From Candidatus Adlerbacteria bacterium (lineage in GTDB: Bacteria; Patescibacteriota; Minisyncoccia; Phycocordibacterales; SBAW01): a stretch of 64,000 nucleotides of DNA. The stretch's first letter is position 1. Each line of letters opens with the position of its first letter. This document shows positions 45,287-55,391 of this stretch, piece by piece. The notes beneath the pieces are model-generated. The model was not told the origin of the DNA and ran no database searches. It was given only the letters and a program-made list of their open reading frames with translations. Where the stretch lies: positions 12,898-76,897 of the forward strand of contig JAQBRA010000004.1 in the NCBI GenBank assembly GCA_028286685.1, in the 5' to 3' direction. Made by a program: the position numbers and the translations under genes.

Positions 45287-46390
45287 TTAGTGCTTCATGT
45301 GCCTCGATACGCTCAATATTATCCCGATTTCGGCCAAAGATATAGCCAGGGCGGTGCCGCCGTGGGAGACGAAGATAAGCGGCAGGCCCGACAACGGGAT
45401 GAGCCCGATAACCGAGGATATGTTCATAAATGACTGCCCGATAATTAGAAGGACGAGGCCAACCACCAAGAGGCCCCCGAACGGGTCAGGCGCCCGCGCC
45501 GCAATGCGCAGGCCAAGCAGGGCCACGGCCGCATACAGGAGTATCAGGACTACGCTGCCCAAGAAGCCAAACTCCTCGGCTGCCACGGCAAAAATTGAGT
45601 CGCCGATAGGCTCCGGCAAGAAGGCGAATTTCTCGATGCTTTGGCCAAAGCCCTTCCCTGCCCATTCTCCCGAGCCAACGGCAATTAAAGACTGCTGTAT
45701 CTGGTAGCCGGCGCCCTGGGGGTCGGAGCCGGGGTTAAGGAATATGGTAAACCGCTCCATTAGATACGGCCGCTGGAAGGCCGCCCCGGCTACGGCAATG
45801 ATGCCGATAAGGACTATAAGCAGTATGTGCCAGACGCGCCCGCCTGCGGCAAAGAGCATGCCCAGGCTCGCCAAAACGATTATGGCCGCGCCGTCGGTAT
45901 CGGGCTGCAGCAGGAGGATCATCGCGGCCGAGCCCACAATAAGCGCCATAGGCAATACGCCGCCCCGCACTGTGTCCACATGCTTGAAGTGCATCGCAAA
46001 CATTGCCGCCAAGAAGGCCACGACCGCGAGCTTTAAGAGTTCGACCGGCTGGAAGGTTATGGGGCCTAACGACAGCCAGCGCGCAGCGCCCTTAAGCTCC
46101 AGGCCGATGCCCGGCACGAAGGTGAGCGCGGTTAAAAACAGCGCGAATCCGAAGAAGTACGGCGTGTAGGGGCGCCATTTGCGATAATCGAGGCGCGAGA
46201 GTATCCACAGTGCGATGCTGCCGCAGACCAGTCCGAGCAAGAGCTGGTTAACGGCTACGGAGCCGAACGTCGCTCCCCCGTCGCGCGCCAAGAGTCCGAG
46301 CGCGGCTGAAGTAAAGATAAGCAGGCCAAAGACCACCAGCGCGGAAAGCACCAATAAAAAAGGCGTATCGATTGATTTGCGCGCTTGCAC
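45287..46390 (-). CDS. ftsW: SEDS-family peptidoglycan glycosyltransferase FtsW
   Basis: Ten-transmembrane SEDS topology. Synteny mraY-ftsW-murG. Confidence 0.85.
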   Translation of the reverse strand: MQARKSIDTPFLLVLSALVVFGLLIFTSAALGLLARDGGATFGSVAVNQLLLGLVCGSIALWILSRLDYRKWRPYTPYFFGFALFLTALTFVPGIGLELKGAARWLSLGPITFQPVELLKLAVVAFLAAMFAMHFKHVDTVRGGVLPMALIVGSAAMILLLQPDTDGAAIIVLASLGMLFAAGGRVWHILLIVLIGIIAVAGAAFQRPYLMERFTIFLNPGSDPQGAGYQIQQSLIAVGSGEWAGKGFGQSIEKFAFLPEPIGDSIFAVAAEEFGFLGSVVLILLYAAVALLGLRIAARAPDPFGGLLVVGLVLLIIGQSFMNISSVIGLIPLSGLPLIFVSHGGTALAISLAEIGIILSVSRHMKH

Positions 46391-46399
46391 TTCCTTTTA

Positions 46400-47452
46400 T
46401 TATACCAGCGCTAAAGCGAGGCCTGCTATTGCAGCCATAACGCTCACGATCCAGTAGCGCATCGTGACCTTATACGCGGGCCAGCCTATCGCCTCAAAGT
46501 GATGATGCAGTGGCGCAATGCGGAAAATCTTGCGACCCAGTACTTTCTTGCCGAATATTTGGATGATGTTCGATGCGACCGTCGCAACCAAAGGCAGTGC
46601 GATAAGCGGCAAAACCGAGACGCCCTTGCCGCCGCCCTTAACGTCGGTCAAAAATGCCACCACTACCAGAGCAATGGTCAGCGCCATGCTGCCGGTTTCT
46701 GAAAGGTAAAAGCGCGCCGGCGGGATATTGAACCAGAGGAATGCCAAGAGGCCGCCAGCCAGAGCCGCGCACAGCGCCGCGATGTCGAACTGGTTCTGGA
46801 AGAACGCGATGCCCGCATAGGCCGAGAAAATCGTGGCAAAGATGCCTCCGGCCAGTCCGTCGAGCCCGTCTATGACGCCGCCTGCATATATAAAGAGCGT
46901 AACCAGGACAAACAGCGGGATAAAGAGGATGCCCAGCTCGAGCGGCCCCGGCATAAACGGTACCGTAACGGAGGAGACGTCGAGTTTGTCGTAAAACCAC
47001 CAGGCGCACAGGACAGCGACGGTCGCCACGAACATAAGGCGCACGCGCAGCCGCAGGCCCTGGCGGCCCGATACTTCAAACAGGTCGTCCGCAAAGCCAA
47101 CCAGTGCGCCCATTGCCATGGCGGCCAGAGGCACCCAGGTCTGCGCGCGGCTGATAAACGCGAGCGTGCCGAATGCGTCGGGGAATATGCGCGCCAAGAG
47201 CGAGAGCAAGTCCGCAGTTAAAAGGACGCTTGCCCATACCACAATGCCGCCGAAGCGCGGCGTGCCGACCTCTTTTAGCTCATGGAGGCGGTTAAACTCG
47301 GTGGCCGCGGTGCCGTCCATGGCAATCTTGCCGCCTTTGGGCTTCCACATCTTGTACTTGTACAGGTAGTGGGCCAGAAACGGCGTAATGAGCACTCCTA
47401 TCAGAAAGGCCAAGGTGGCGGGCACGAATATGCGCATTACCTCGAAGGTCAT
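46400..47452 (-). CDS. mraY: phospho-MurNAc-pentapeptide translocase MraY
   Basis: 350 aa polytopic membrane protein with MraY DD…D motifs. Confidence 0.9.
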   Translation of the reverse strand: MTFEVMRIFVPATLAFLIGVLITPFLAHYLYKYKMWKPKGGKIAMDGTAATEFNRLHELKEVGTPRFGGIVVWASVLLTADLLSLLARIFPDAFGTLAFISRAQTWVPLAAMAMGALVGFADDLFEVSGRQGLRLRVRLMFVATVAVLCAWWFYDKLDVSSVTVPFMPGPLELGILFIPLFVLVTLFIYAGGVIDGLDGLAGGIFATIFSAYAGIAFFQNQFDIAALCAALAGGLLAFLWFNIPPARFYLSETGSMALTIALVVVAFLTDVKGGGKGVSVLPLIALPLVATVASNIIQIFGKKVLGRKIFRIAPLHHHFEAIGWPAYKVTMRYWIVSVMAAIAGLALALV

Positions 47453-47510
47453 AGATTTATGTACCTAGTATAGCCCAAAATAAGGCTTTTTCTGAGCCTG
47501 CGGGGCCTAC

Positions 47511-47539
47511 TTGACAAATACATCATTTGGGTGTACAAT
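47511..47539 (+). promoter_or_regulatory. sigma70-type promoter
   Basis: TTGACA-17 nt-TACAAT. Confidence 0.6.
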
Positions 47540-47597
47540 GGGTTCAGGACCAGTACCGGTCACACAACCCAACATTCTCTAACCCCAAGAGGACGCC

Positions 47598-48014
47598 ATG
47601 AGCGCTTATGATGGATACACAGGGCGCCTTCTTGAGGACAAGGTCCTCGGCAGGTGCACTTCCAAGCATCGCGGCTATATGCGATGGAGCGAAGCGGCTG
47701 CAGAGGTTCGCAAGAGCCAGCCAGCAGCGAAGGCGGCAGTAGCCGCAAGCCTCGAGCAGGAACTTCGCCGCAAGCTTCCGGGTGTCGATGTGCGGTTTTA
47801 TACCGCGGTCGGCTCTACGCTCGACCTGATGCACAGCGTCGACGGATTCTTCGTGTTTGAGGGCGTAGTCACGGTGACTATCGACCTGACGATGAATCCG
47901 AACAAGGACGCCTGCAAGGCGGACGTTCTCGTCACTGCGGACGACCTGGAGTCTCTTTCGATCGTCGCGCATCGCGTGGCGCGCGAGCTGCAAACCAAAT
48001 TGGAGAGAATGTAG
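47598..48014 (+). CDS. hypothetical protein
   Basis: 138-aa ORF downstream of a consensus promoter. Confidence 0.45.
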   Translation: MSAYDGYTGRLLEDKVLGRCTSKHRGYMRWSEAAAEVRKSQPAAKAAVAASLEQELRRKLPGVDVRFYTAVGSTLDLMHSVDGFFVFEGVVTVTIDLTMNPNKDACKADVLVTADDLESLSIVAHRVARELQTKLERM

Positions 48015-48015
48015 T

Positions 48016-48261
48016 ATGTGTGCGAAGCCTTCTCACCATTCGCGTAGTTATTTCTTTGAGTGCTCCAGCTGCGGGACTTATCCCGTTGACGAAAGCTCAC
48101 TGAGAAATTTCATTACGCGCAAGCTGAAGCAAAGCCTGGCCGACGAGCTCGCTCAAGGCGCTGCGGGAGCCAAGCTTAAGTTTAAGAATGGCTGCCCCAG
48201 ATGTAAGCCGGACGCGACTCACGAAACTGAGCTGGTAACGCTCAAGCGACAAACGCACTAA
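48016..48261 (+). CDS. hypothetical zinc-ribbon protein
   Basis: CSSCG…CPRC pairs. 1-nt gap to the previous gene. Terminator 48264-48320 follows. Confidence 0.4.
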   Translation: MCAKPSHHSRSYFFECSSCGTYPVDESSLRNFITRKLKQSLADELAQGAAGAKLKFKNGCPRCKPDATHETELVTLKRQTH

Positions 48262-48435
48262 CCAACCCACCGAAGCTGCAGAAATCCACCGGATTCTCTG
48301 TAGTTCGGTGGGTTTTCTTTTTTATACCAGTATTTAAAATATAAGTTGACAATAAGTTTCAATAGGTGTGTAGTAGTAAAAGATAGATAAGTTCCAATAT
48401 AAGTCCGGTGCCACAAAATAAATCGGAGGCAATCT

Positions 48436-49128
48436 ATGCGCATTCTTTTGATCGAAGACCACCCTCCCACTGCTCAGTCGATGATAGTTATGCTTGAGTC
48501 CGAGGGCTGTGTGGTTGATACGACAGCTCGCGGGCAAGACGGCATGGATCTCGCTAAGCTCTACGATTACGACATCATTCTGCTGGATATAGGCCTGCCG
48601 GACATGTCCGGCTTCGAAGTTATTCGGTTGCTGCGAATTTCCAAGATTAAGACGCCGATCATGGTCGTGTCCGGCCTCGCCGGCACGCACGACAAGGTTA
48701 AAGGTCTCATCTTCGGCGCCGACGACTATATAACCAAGCCCTTCCACAAGGACGAGCTGGTCGCCCGTATCCATGCTATCGTGCGGCGCTCCAGGGGCCA
48801 CGCGCAATCGACTATCCAGATTGGCGACCTGGTAATCAATCTCGACGCCAAAACGGTCAAGGTAAATGACCGGCAGGTGCACCTGAGCAAGAAGGAATAC
48901 CGCACGCTAGAACTGCTTTCTCTTAGGAGAGGCATAACAATCACCAAGGAGATGTTCCTAACCCATCTCTATGGTGGGATGGACGAGCCTGAAGACTTGA
49001 TCATTAATAGGTTCATCTGCAATCTTCGCAAGAAGCTGGCTCATGCCTCTGACGGCAAAAGCTATATCGAAACCGTCTGGGGTAGAGGCTATAAGATACC
49101 CGAACTAGACGCTGAAGCTACAGCCTGA
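48436..49128 (+). CDS. ctrA: OmpR-family response regulator with strong similarity to CtrA
   Basis: [15 protein letters not shown]…[17 protein letters not shown]…KTPIMVVSG…[33 protein letters not shown]…[17 protein letters not shown]…ETVWGRGY aligns closely from memory to Caulobacter CtrA across the receiver and winged-helix domains. Lower local GC and an AT-rich upstream region. Confidence 0.8.
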   Translation: MRILLIEDHPPTAQSMIVMLESEGCVVDTTARGQDGMDLAKLYDYDIILLDIGLPDMSGFEVIRLLRISKIKTPIMVVSGLAGTHDKVKGLIFGADDYITKPFHKDELVARIHAIVRRSRGHAQSTIQIGDLVINLDAKTVKVNDRQVHLSKKEYRTLELLSLRRGITITKEMFLTHLYGGMDEPEDLIINRFICNLRKKLAHASDGKSYIETVWGRGYKIPELDAEATA

Positions 49129-49191
49129 TTAAAAGGCCTTCAAATAGCAAACCCCTGGCCGAAATGCCAGGGATTTTTCTATGTTCTAAAA

Positions 49192-49749
49192 TTACTCAGA
49201 CGCCGAAACTTCGGTGCTCTCCTTTTGCCTATAGGCGTCCTCCAATTTTGAAAGTTTTTCGCGGACGTCGTTATAGTCAGGCAGGTCTTGGGCACGCTGG
49301 ACACCCAGGGTGGCCAAAAGCTCGGTCGTGGGCTCAAACAGGAACGAGCGCGAGTCCTTGGGGTTGGCAATTTTGCGCACCATGCCGCGCATCGTGAGCG
49401 TGCGCAGGGTCTGGCTTGAGTTTACGCCGCGGATAAAGTCGATCTCAGAGCGGGTCAGCGGGCCGCGATACAACACAGCAGCCAAAACTTCCTGCCCTGC
49501 CTTGCCCAGCTCGCGCGCGTATTCGTCCTTGCGGATCCGCTCTATCATTTCGGCAGCTTGGGGTGCTGCGCGCAGCTCGACTACCGTGCCGTCGTCTACC
49601 AGCACGACTCCCCCGCTCTGGGATGCTTCTTGTAAGGCAGCGGCTACGTCTTCGGCGCTAACGCCCAGCTGCTTAGCCAGTTCGGCGCGCGACAAAGGCC
49701 GGCCCAGGGCAAACAGGAGCGCCTCTATTTTTATGCGCAGATCATTCAT
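49192..49749 (-). CDS. scpB: segregation and condensation protein B
   Basis: Winged-helix ScpB pattern (…IEALLFALGRPLSRAELAKQLG…). Confidence 0.85.
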   Translation of the reverse strand: MNDLRIKIEALLFALGRPLSRAELAKQLGVSAEDVAAALQEASQSGGVVLVDDGTVVELRAAPQAAEMIERIRKDEYARELGKAGQEVLAAVLYRGPLTRSEIDFIRGVNSSQTLRTLTMRGMVRKIANPKDSRSFLFEPTTELLATLGVQRAQDLPDYNDVREKLSKLEDAYRQKESTEVSASE

Positions 49750-50476
49750 AAGTGGGGGTAGAGACCGAGTCGGACTCCATTGTTATATCACCGAAATCCT
49801 CCTCCTGCTGCGCCCGCAGTATCCCCTGCTTAACGAGTTCCAAGAGGGCCAGGAAGCTTACCACTACGCCGTAGCGCACCTCCTGGGACTGCGCCTTATT
49901 AAGGCCGCTAAACTCCTTAAAGCTCATGCGGAAGGCGCTCGAAATCCGCTGGCTCATCTGCCCTATCATTTCCTCGAGCGAAACAATTTTCTTAACCTCG
50001 ACCTTGGGCAGCGCCAAGGTCTGCGGAAAGCCCTGTATGAGCATTTGTGCGGCCTCGCGCAGGGAGGCCGGAGTGACGGCACTGTCGGGGATAAATAGCG
50101 GCTCGGGCTCCGGCGTATTACCTTCGTACAGATAGGGCGCGCTCAGCTGCGAGCCCAGCCCTTTTGCCGCCTCTTTTATAAGCTGGTAGAGCGCCAGGCG
50201 GTACTCCAGCTCTTTGATGTCGCGCGATTCGTCTTCGCTTAACTGGAGCGTCGGCAAAAGCGAGCGCGACTTGATAAGCAGGAGCGTTGCGGCAAGCGCA
50301 ATAAACTCGGCCGTCTCGCCTACCGGCAGGTTGTCCCTGGCATTGATGCGCGCAATGTATTCGTCGGTTACTTGTGCCAGCGAAATATCATTGATAAGCA
50401 GCTTGCGCTTCTCGATAAGCTCCAAGAGCATCTCAAGCGGCCCTTCGTATACGGCTGTTTTAACCTCGATTGGCAT
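49742..50476 (-). CDS. scpA: segregation and condensation protein A
   Basis: …VYEGPLEMLLELIEKRKLLINDISLAQVTDEY… kleisin N-terminal region. 8-nt overlap with scpB. Confidence 0.85.
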   Translation of the reverse strand: MPIEVKTAVYEGPLEMLLELIEKRKLLINDISLAQVTDEYIARINARDNLPVGETAEFIALAATLLLIKSRSLLPTLQLSEDESRDIKELEYRLALYQLIKEAAKGLGSQLSAPYLYEGNTPEPEPLFIPDSAVTPASLREAAQMLIQGFPQTLALPKVEVKKIVSLEEMIGQMSQRISSAFRMSFKEFSGLNKAQSQEVRYGVVVSFLALLELVKQGILRAQQEEDFGDITMESDSVSTPTYE

Positions 50477-50478
50477 AC

Positions 50479-51708
50479 TTATAGTACGAATTGCCCGTCC
50501 TTATAGATAACCTTGGTTTTACCATCCTTAAGATGCGCGGTAACGGTGCGTCGCGCGGTTGAGAACATGTCGGTGTGGACTGAGGAGTCGTTGTAGCCCA
50601 AGCGCTCCTTGTCCTTCTCGGTAAGTTTGGACGGATCTCCCGCGTAGGTGTCGGCATAGGCGGAACCCACGGCAATATGCGTGTTGCCCTGCGGGCCCCC
50701 GATGTTCTCGTCGTACAGCGTCTCGGCCATAAACTTGGTAATGCGCGAGTGGCGGCTATCGGTCAGGGAAAATTCTCCCACGCGGTCAGCGCCGGGCATG
50801 GCTATCATCTGCTTTACATAGGCCTCGCCTTTCTTGGCTTTGACCTTTACTACTTTCCCCTTTTCAAACCATAGCTCGATGCCGTTGGCGTAATTGCCGT
50901 CGCGGTAGAGCGGCTGGTTAAAGCGGATCCAGCCCTCGGTGCCGCGCCAGTCCGGCGACGTAAATATCTCAAAGCTCGGAATATTGCGCCCGCTGCCGCA
51001 GAGCCATTGGCGCTTCTCTCCCAGCTTGATCCATAGGTTAATGTCCGGACCCTCTACATGGAGCCGGTCTGTCTGAGGCGCGAGCCGGTTAAGCTTCTGG
51101 CGGTACTTCTCCATCCCCCGGTAGGTTTCCTTCCATTTGGCTATCGGGTCTTTCTCGTTAAGGAAGCAGGCATCGATAATCTGTTGCCAGTATTCCTTGA
51201 TAGAAAGCTTCGCCTCTTTTGCCATGGCAGGCGTGCCCCAGAGCGCTATGCACCAGGTAAATTTGCCCGCGTGCTCCTTTTCGTTGCGCCAGTCCATAAA
51301 CGGCTTGCGCGAAGCGCCGCGGCGCATGACCTTTTGTGGGTCGATGCCCTTGAGCGCATGCGGATGATTGTCCCCGACAATAAAGAGCAAGTGGTCTATC
51401 TCATCAATTAGGCCTTTGTAGTATTTGGCCGGAAAGTGGTCGAGCTGGTGGTCCTTTGCGCGCTCGAAAAACTCGCGGCTTAGGTTGTAGCGGCCCTCGC
51501 CCTCGGGCTGGTACTGCATAATGACGTGCCCGCCGGCGTCTAAGACCGCGTTGCGCACCGCCAGAAAGAGCGGCTCGCAGGACTGCGACCCGTTGATGCA
51601 GACAACGTCGCCCTTCTTTATCCCCTTGCCGCCGCCCAGCGCGAAGTTGACCAGCACATCGGCATATTTCTCCAGTACCGCCTTCTTTGGCGCGTAGCCC
51701 TTTGCCAT
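50479..51708 (-). CDS. pepS: M29-family aminopeptidase (AmpS/PepS-like)
   Basis: …YADVLVNFALGGGKGIKKGDVV…WCIALWGTPAMAKEA… pattern. Start taken at MAKGYAP; the longer ORF to 52023 is rejected. Confidence 0.75.
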   Translation of the reverse strand: MAKGYAPKKAVLEKYADVLVNFALGGGKGIKKGDVVCINGSQSCEPLFLAVRNAVLDAGGHVIMQYQPEGEGRYNLSREFFERAKDHQLDHFPAKYYKGLIDEIDHLLFIVGDNHPHALKGIDPQKVMRRGASRKPFMDWRNEKEHAGKFTWCIALWGTPAMAKEAKLSIKEYWQQIIDACFLNEKDPIAKWKETYRGMEKYRQKLNRLAPQTDRLHVEGPDINLWIKLGEKRQWLCGSGRNIPSFEIFTSPDWRGTEGWIRFNQPLYRDGNYANGIELWFEKGKVVKVKAKKGEAYVKQMIAMPGADRVGEFSLTDSRHSRITKFMAETLYDENIGGPQGNTHIAVGSAYADTYAGDPSKLTEKDKERLGYNDSSVHTDMFSTARRTVTAHLKDGKTKVIYKDGQFVL

Positions 51709-51818
51709 ATGCACAAAGTATAGCTTTTTAAGCCTTATAGCGTAAGGCTGTAGAGGTCGGCGCAAAGTTATCCACATAGTACCTTGTACAACAAGGTACC
51801 TGGTGCTACTGTTGGGGT

Positions 51819-52163
51819 ATGAAGCCAAGCGACGAGATAGTGTCGGAGAAAAAGGCGCAGATGCGCCGGGGCCTGCTGGAGTTCTGCATCCTGCTTGCGA
51901 TAAGCGACGGACGTGCGTACTCCTCCGATATTTTAAAAAAGCTGAAGGATGCGGACCTGTTAGTAGTTGAAGGCACCCTCTATCCCCTGCTCTCGCGCCT
52001 GCGGGCACAGGAACTGGTGGCATACGACTGGGAGGAATCCAAGTCCGGCCCCCCGCGCAAGTATTACGAGCTGACCCGCCACGGGCGCGAAACGCTCCTA
52101 AATCTGCAGAAAACCTGGAAGGAGCTCCATCGCTCGATTATCACCTTAGAAGACGCTAAGTAA
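51819..52163 (+). CDS. PadR-family transcriptional regulator
   Basis: …VEGTLYPLLSRLRAQELVAYDWEESKSGPPRKYYELT… winged-helix PadR core. Confidence 0.8.
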   Translation: MKPSDEIVSEKKAQMRRGLLEFCILLAISDGRAYSSDILKKLKDADLLVVEGTLYPLLSRLRAQELVAYDWEESKSGPPRKYYELTRHGRETLLNLQKTWKELHRSIITLEDAK

Positions 52164-52168
52164 TTATT

Positions 52169-53764
52169 ATGGAAAAGACCATCAACATAGTCATCGCCTC
52201 GACCCAGTTCGCGCTCGAGGAGCGCGCGTACGAAAAGCTGCACGCCTACCTCCAGTCGCTCAAGGCGCATTTCGCCACGCCCGAGGGCAAAGAGATCCTG
52301 CACGACATAGAGTCCCGCGTAGCGGAGAAGCTTTTGGAGAAAAAGCATGCGGTCATAACCGAGGCGGACGTCGACGTGATAATGGCCGAGATGGGCGACG
52401 CCTCCGAGCTTGATTCCGAGGATGCGCAGCCCGCGCCTGCGGCGGGCGGCAGCCACAAGAAGCTGTACCGCGATCAGGACGACGCCCTTATCGGCGGCGT
52501 GTCCTCGGGGATCGCGGCCTATCTCGACGTAGACCCTATATTCGTCCGGGCGGCCTTTATCGTCACCGCGTTCTTCGGCGGCACGGGCATATGGGTGTAC
52601 CTCCTTTTGTGGGTGCTCATGCCCGCAGCGACGAGCGCGAGCCAAAAGCTCGAGATGCGCGGGAGCGCCGTAACCCTCGACGCTATCAAGCGCATGGTGC
52701 ACGAGCGCACCGACGAGATCCGCAAGCGCGGCACGTTTAAAAAATTCATCTACTTCCCCTTCGAGGTGCTGGGGGCAATACTGCGGTTTTTGACCGGCAG
52801 CCTCCTGCCGGTGCTGGCGCGCGTATTCGGCGTCTTATGCGCAGCCGGCGCCTTCTTCGGCGCTATCGGCCTCACCATCCTCTTGGGCATCATCGTCTCT
52901 AACTGGAACGCCTCGTATGTCGACTTGCCGTTGCAAGAGATTGTCTCGCCCCTGCTATGGGGCACGGTCTTAGTGGCCGGATACTTGGCCGCGCTTATTC
53001 CTCTTGTCTTGATATTTTCCCTGGGCTGGCGCTTAGTGCGCGGCCGGAGCCTCTTCCCGTCCTCTATAGGCCTAGGGCTTATCGGCCTGTGGGCGCTGGT
53101 GGCGGTAGTTGCCGGGGTATCCGGCGCGCGCATCGGCAGCAACTACTACTCCTACGTTTCTACCAGTCCTGAGTATCAGGAAGTAGTGCAGACTCTGGCG
53201 CCCGGAGAATTTGCCAGCATTGCGGCAACAGAGAAGCATGTCACGATAAAAAACGGGCCGGCCTATGCCGTGGAACTCCGGGGCGTGCAAATGGATATGG
53301 ACAACATTGTAGTTGAGAACAAGGAGGGCGTGCTCTCTATCGGAACGCACTTTGAGGCTGAAAGCTGCATTTTCTGCCGCCACTCATCGCCCTCGGTTAC
53401 GGTTATCGTCCCCTATCTCGACCAAATTACTTTGCGCGATGCTTCGATACAATTTGAATCGTATGCCGACGACAGCCTTTCAATCGACGCGCGCAACTCC
53501 AGCGCAAGCGGACGGCTGACCGTAGCCAGCCTGATTCTTAAAGCAGAAGACTCCTATGTCGGGCTTGAGGGCGCCGCAGGCATTGCCACGGTAACCCTGG
53601 ACGATTCGCGCTTTGCGGGCGAGGACTTCCTGGTACAAACGTCTACCCTGTCCCTGAGCGATTCTTCCGCCACTATTAACTCCTCGACGACCCCCGTCAT
53701 AACCCGCAACAGCGACAGCGTGGTAATGGATGCCGACGGCAATCAAATCGGCAGGCAGGAATAA
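52169..53764 (+). CDS. PspC-domain membrane protein with a C-terminal beta-rich (DUF4097-like) region
   Basis: DDALIGGVSSGIAAYLDVDPIFVRAAFIVTAFFGG (PspC domain), several transmembrane helices, repetitive beta C-terminus. Paired with padR. Confidence 0.75.
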   Translation: MEKTINIVIASTQFALEERAYEKLHAYLQSLKAHFATPEGKEILHDIESRVAEKLLEKKHAVITEADVDVIMAEMGDASELDSEDAQPAPAAGGSHKKLYRDQDDALIGGVSSGIAAYLDVDPIFVRAAFIVTAFFGGTGIWVYLLLWVLMPAATSASQKLEMRGSAVTLDAIKRMVHERTDEIRKRGTFKKFIYFPFEVLGAILRFLTGSLLPVLARVFGVLCAAGAFFGAIGLTILLGIIVSNWNASYVDLPLQEIVSPLLWGTVLVAGYLAALIPLVLIFSLGWRLVRGRSLFPSSIGLGLIGLWALVAVVAGVSGARIGSNYYSYVSTSPEYQEVVQTLAPGEFASIAATEKHVTIKNGPAYAVELRGVQMDMDNIVVENKEGVLSIGTHFEAESCIFCRHSSPSVTVIVPYLDQITLRDASIQFESYADDSLSIDARNSSASGRLTVASLILKAEDSYVGLEGAAGIATVTLDDSRFAGEDFLVQTSTLSLSDSSATINSSTTPVITRNSDSVVMDADGNQIGRQE

Positions 53765-53766
53765 GA

Positions 53767-53800
53767 AAAACGGCCGCTCTTGCGAGCGGCCGTTGCGCGT
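53767..53800. terminator. bidirectional terminator
   Basis: aaaaACGGCCGCTCttgcGAGCGGCCGTtgcgcgtttt. Confidence 0.7.
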
Positions 53801-53801
53801 T

Positions 53802-54374
53802 TTACGCCGGTTCCCATGGCTTGGAAACGAACAGGTACAGGGTCATTTTGCCCAGCCCGGCGTTGCTGGAAGGAACTGAAGAAGCGCTGCAGGGCTCCTC
53901 CGGCACGGGATACCAGAGGCCGAAGTATTTGGCATCATCCGTCTTGTTCGACGGTTCCGTTGCAAGAAGCCCGGGCCCTTTCCTGTCTTTCTTGTTCTTG
54001 GCAGGAAAGCAGTCCTTGATATTTGGTATCGCCCGCGCTACTGCGAGAAGATGGTAAGGGCTTGCCAGTTGGAAGCCGTGTCCCAGGCCCCAGGTAACCG
54101 CTCCATATATGCCTGGGACAAAGCTGGGCCTTACCAGGCATATGCGCAGCAAGCCTCCGGGATGCGTCCCGGGGACCTTAAAGTGCCGGCCGAGGCTGGC
54201 AAGTTCGTAGTGCAGCTTGGTTTCGGATGCCACCTCTTTTACCTGCTCCGCCCAAGGCCTCCTGTCCGCTACATACGGAATGTCCGCATAATGCACCACT
54301 TCCCCGTCCACTTCTTGGGAAGTAAAAGGGTTCGCTATAACTTTTGGCTGCGCTGGTACAAGCCGGAGGCTCAT
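53802..54374 (-). CDS. hypothetical protein
   Basis: 190-aa ORF with no recognised motif. Confidence 0.4.
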   Translation of the reverse strand: MSLRLVPAQPKVIANPFTSQEVDGEVVHYADIPYVADRRPWAEQVKEVASETKLHYELASLGRHFKVPGTHPGGLLRICLVRPSFVPGIYGAVTWGLGHGFQLASPYHLLAVARAIPNIKDCFPAKNKKDRKGPGLLATEPSNKTDDAKYFGLWYPVPEEPCSASSVPSSNAGLGKMTLYLFVSKPWEPA

Positions 54375-54457
54375 TTCCCTCTCCTTTGGGTTATTTCAAT
54401 CTGAATAGACGGTAGCATACCTGTGCCTGGGCGTCTATTTTAGGATTCTGGCAATAC

Positions 54458-54486
54458 TTGACAAATATAGTAAATAGGAGTATACT
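54458..54486 (+). promoter_or_regulatory. consensus sigma70-type promoter
   Basis: TTGACA-aatatagtaaataggag-TATACT. Shares acttgacaaat and taaataggagtata with the promoter at 58873. Confidence 0.65.
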
Positions 54487-54520
54487 TTAAAACAGGTATA
54501 ACGTTCACACAACCTGGAGC

Positions 54521-54889
54521 TTGCGCATGTTCGTTTCCCGCCCTATTTTCCTTTCTGTTGCAGCCTCCGCTCTTATTGCGGCAGCTATCGTCGGCCTGCC
54601 TGCTGCTTTTAAGTGGGCCCAGCCGGCTCAGGTGGAAACCTGCAGCTCGCCCGGAATCCACCTGGTCTCGCTCCCCTCCTCTCGGATCGAGAGAAGCGGT
54701 CTCGTTATCGGCGTCGTGTACACGACAGCCGGCTACGGATACCGCATGGGCGGCAAGGAGGTTGGTATTAAGGTGTCCAACTTCGGCGTCACTCAGTGGA
54801 GCAACGAGCCCCGGCTGGTTGCCATCAAGGCCAAGGAGAAGTTCTGCGTATTGGAAGAGACTACGCAGATGGTCGCACAAGCACAATAG
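54521..54889 (+). CDS. small secreted hypothetical protein
   Basis: Signal peptide MRMFVSRPIFLSVAASALIAAAIVG. Terminator hairpin at 54893-54945. Confidence 0.45.
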   Translation: MRMFVSRPIFLSVAASALIAAAIVGLPAAFKWAQPAQVETCSSPGIHLVSLPSSRIERSGLVIGVVYTTAGYGYRMGGKEVGIKVSNFGVTQWSNEPRLVAIKAKEKFCVLEETTQMVAQAQ

Positions 54890-55005
54890 TCTATCGCCCA
54901 CCGAAAAGTCGCCCACTCTGGGCCACCTCGGTGGGCGATTTTTATTTGACATCTTCTTATATCTTTACTACAGTATCTTTCAGAAAACACAGGGAGGAGT
55001 TTTAT

Positions 55006-55353
55006 ATGAGCATGTTCCTTACTCGGCCCCATCCTTTGCGGCCCTGGTGGCAGCAGGGCCTGAGGTGGCTCTGGAACCTGGTCGGCTGGATCGTTCCCGC
55101 CGCTCAAGACGTCTTCGACCAGGATTGCGGTCCGGATCATCAAAGAGGGGTCCAGGTGCTGTTTGTAGCGCATCTGGCAATGCAGGTAGCCTTGTGGGCC
55201 ACTTGGGCTATGAGCAATGCTGGAACTGCGTGGCTCGCGGTAACCGCTGTTGGTTCAGTCGCCCTCTATCTTCTCTTGGGCGGCATGTACGTCGTCAAAT
55301 TGCTGGAAATGGGCGGCTCCTATCATGACGAGCCAAAACCGCGTCCGTGGTAA
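55006..55353 (+). CDS. small Trp-rich membrane protein
   Basis: GGGAGGAG ribosome-binding site; TTGACA-17-TACAGT promoter at 54946-54974; terminator at 55355-55392. Confidence 0.4.
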   Translation: MSMFLTRPHPLRPWWQQGLRWLWNLVGWIVPAAQDVFDQDCGPDHQRGVQVLFVAHLAMQVALWATWAMSNAGTAWLAVTAVGSVALYLLLGGMYVVKLLEMGGSYHDEPKPRPW

Positions 55354-55391
55354 AAACGCCGCGCCGATTATTCATCGGCGCGGCTTTCTTT

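Noticed and set aside
50479-52023. 514-aa version of the M29 aminopeptidase ORF
   Set aside because: The N-terminal ~105 aa are Arg/Pro-rich with no family match and overlap the padR promoter region. The conserved M29 sequence begins at MAKGYAP (51708).
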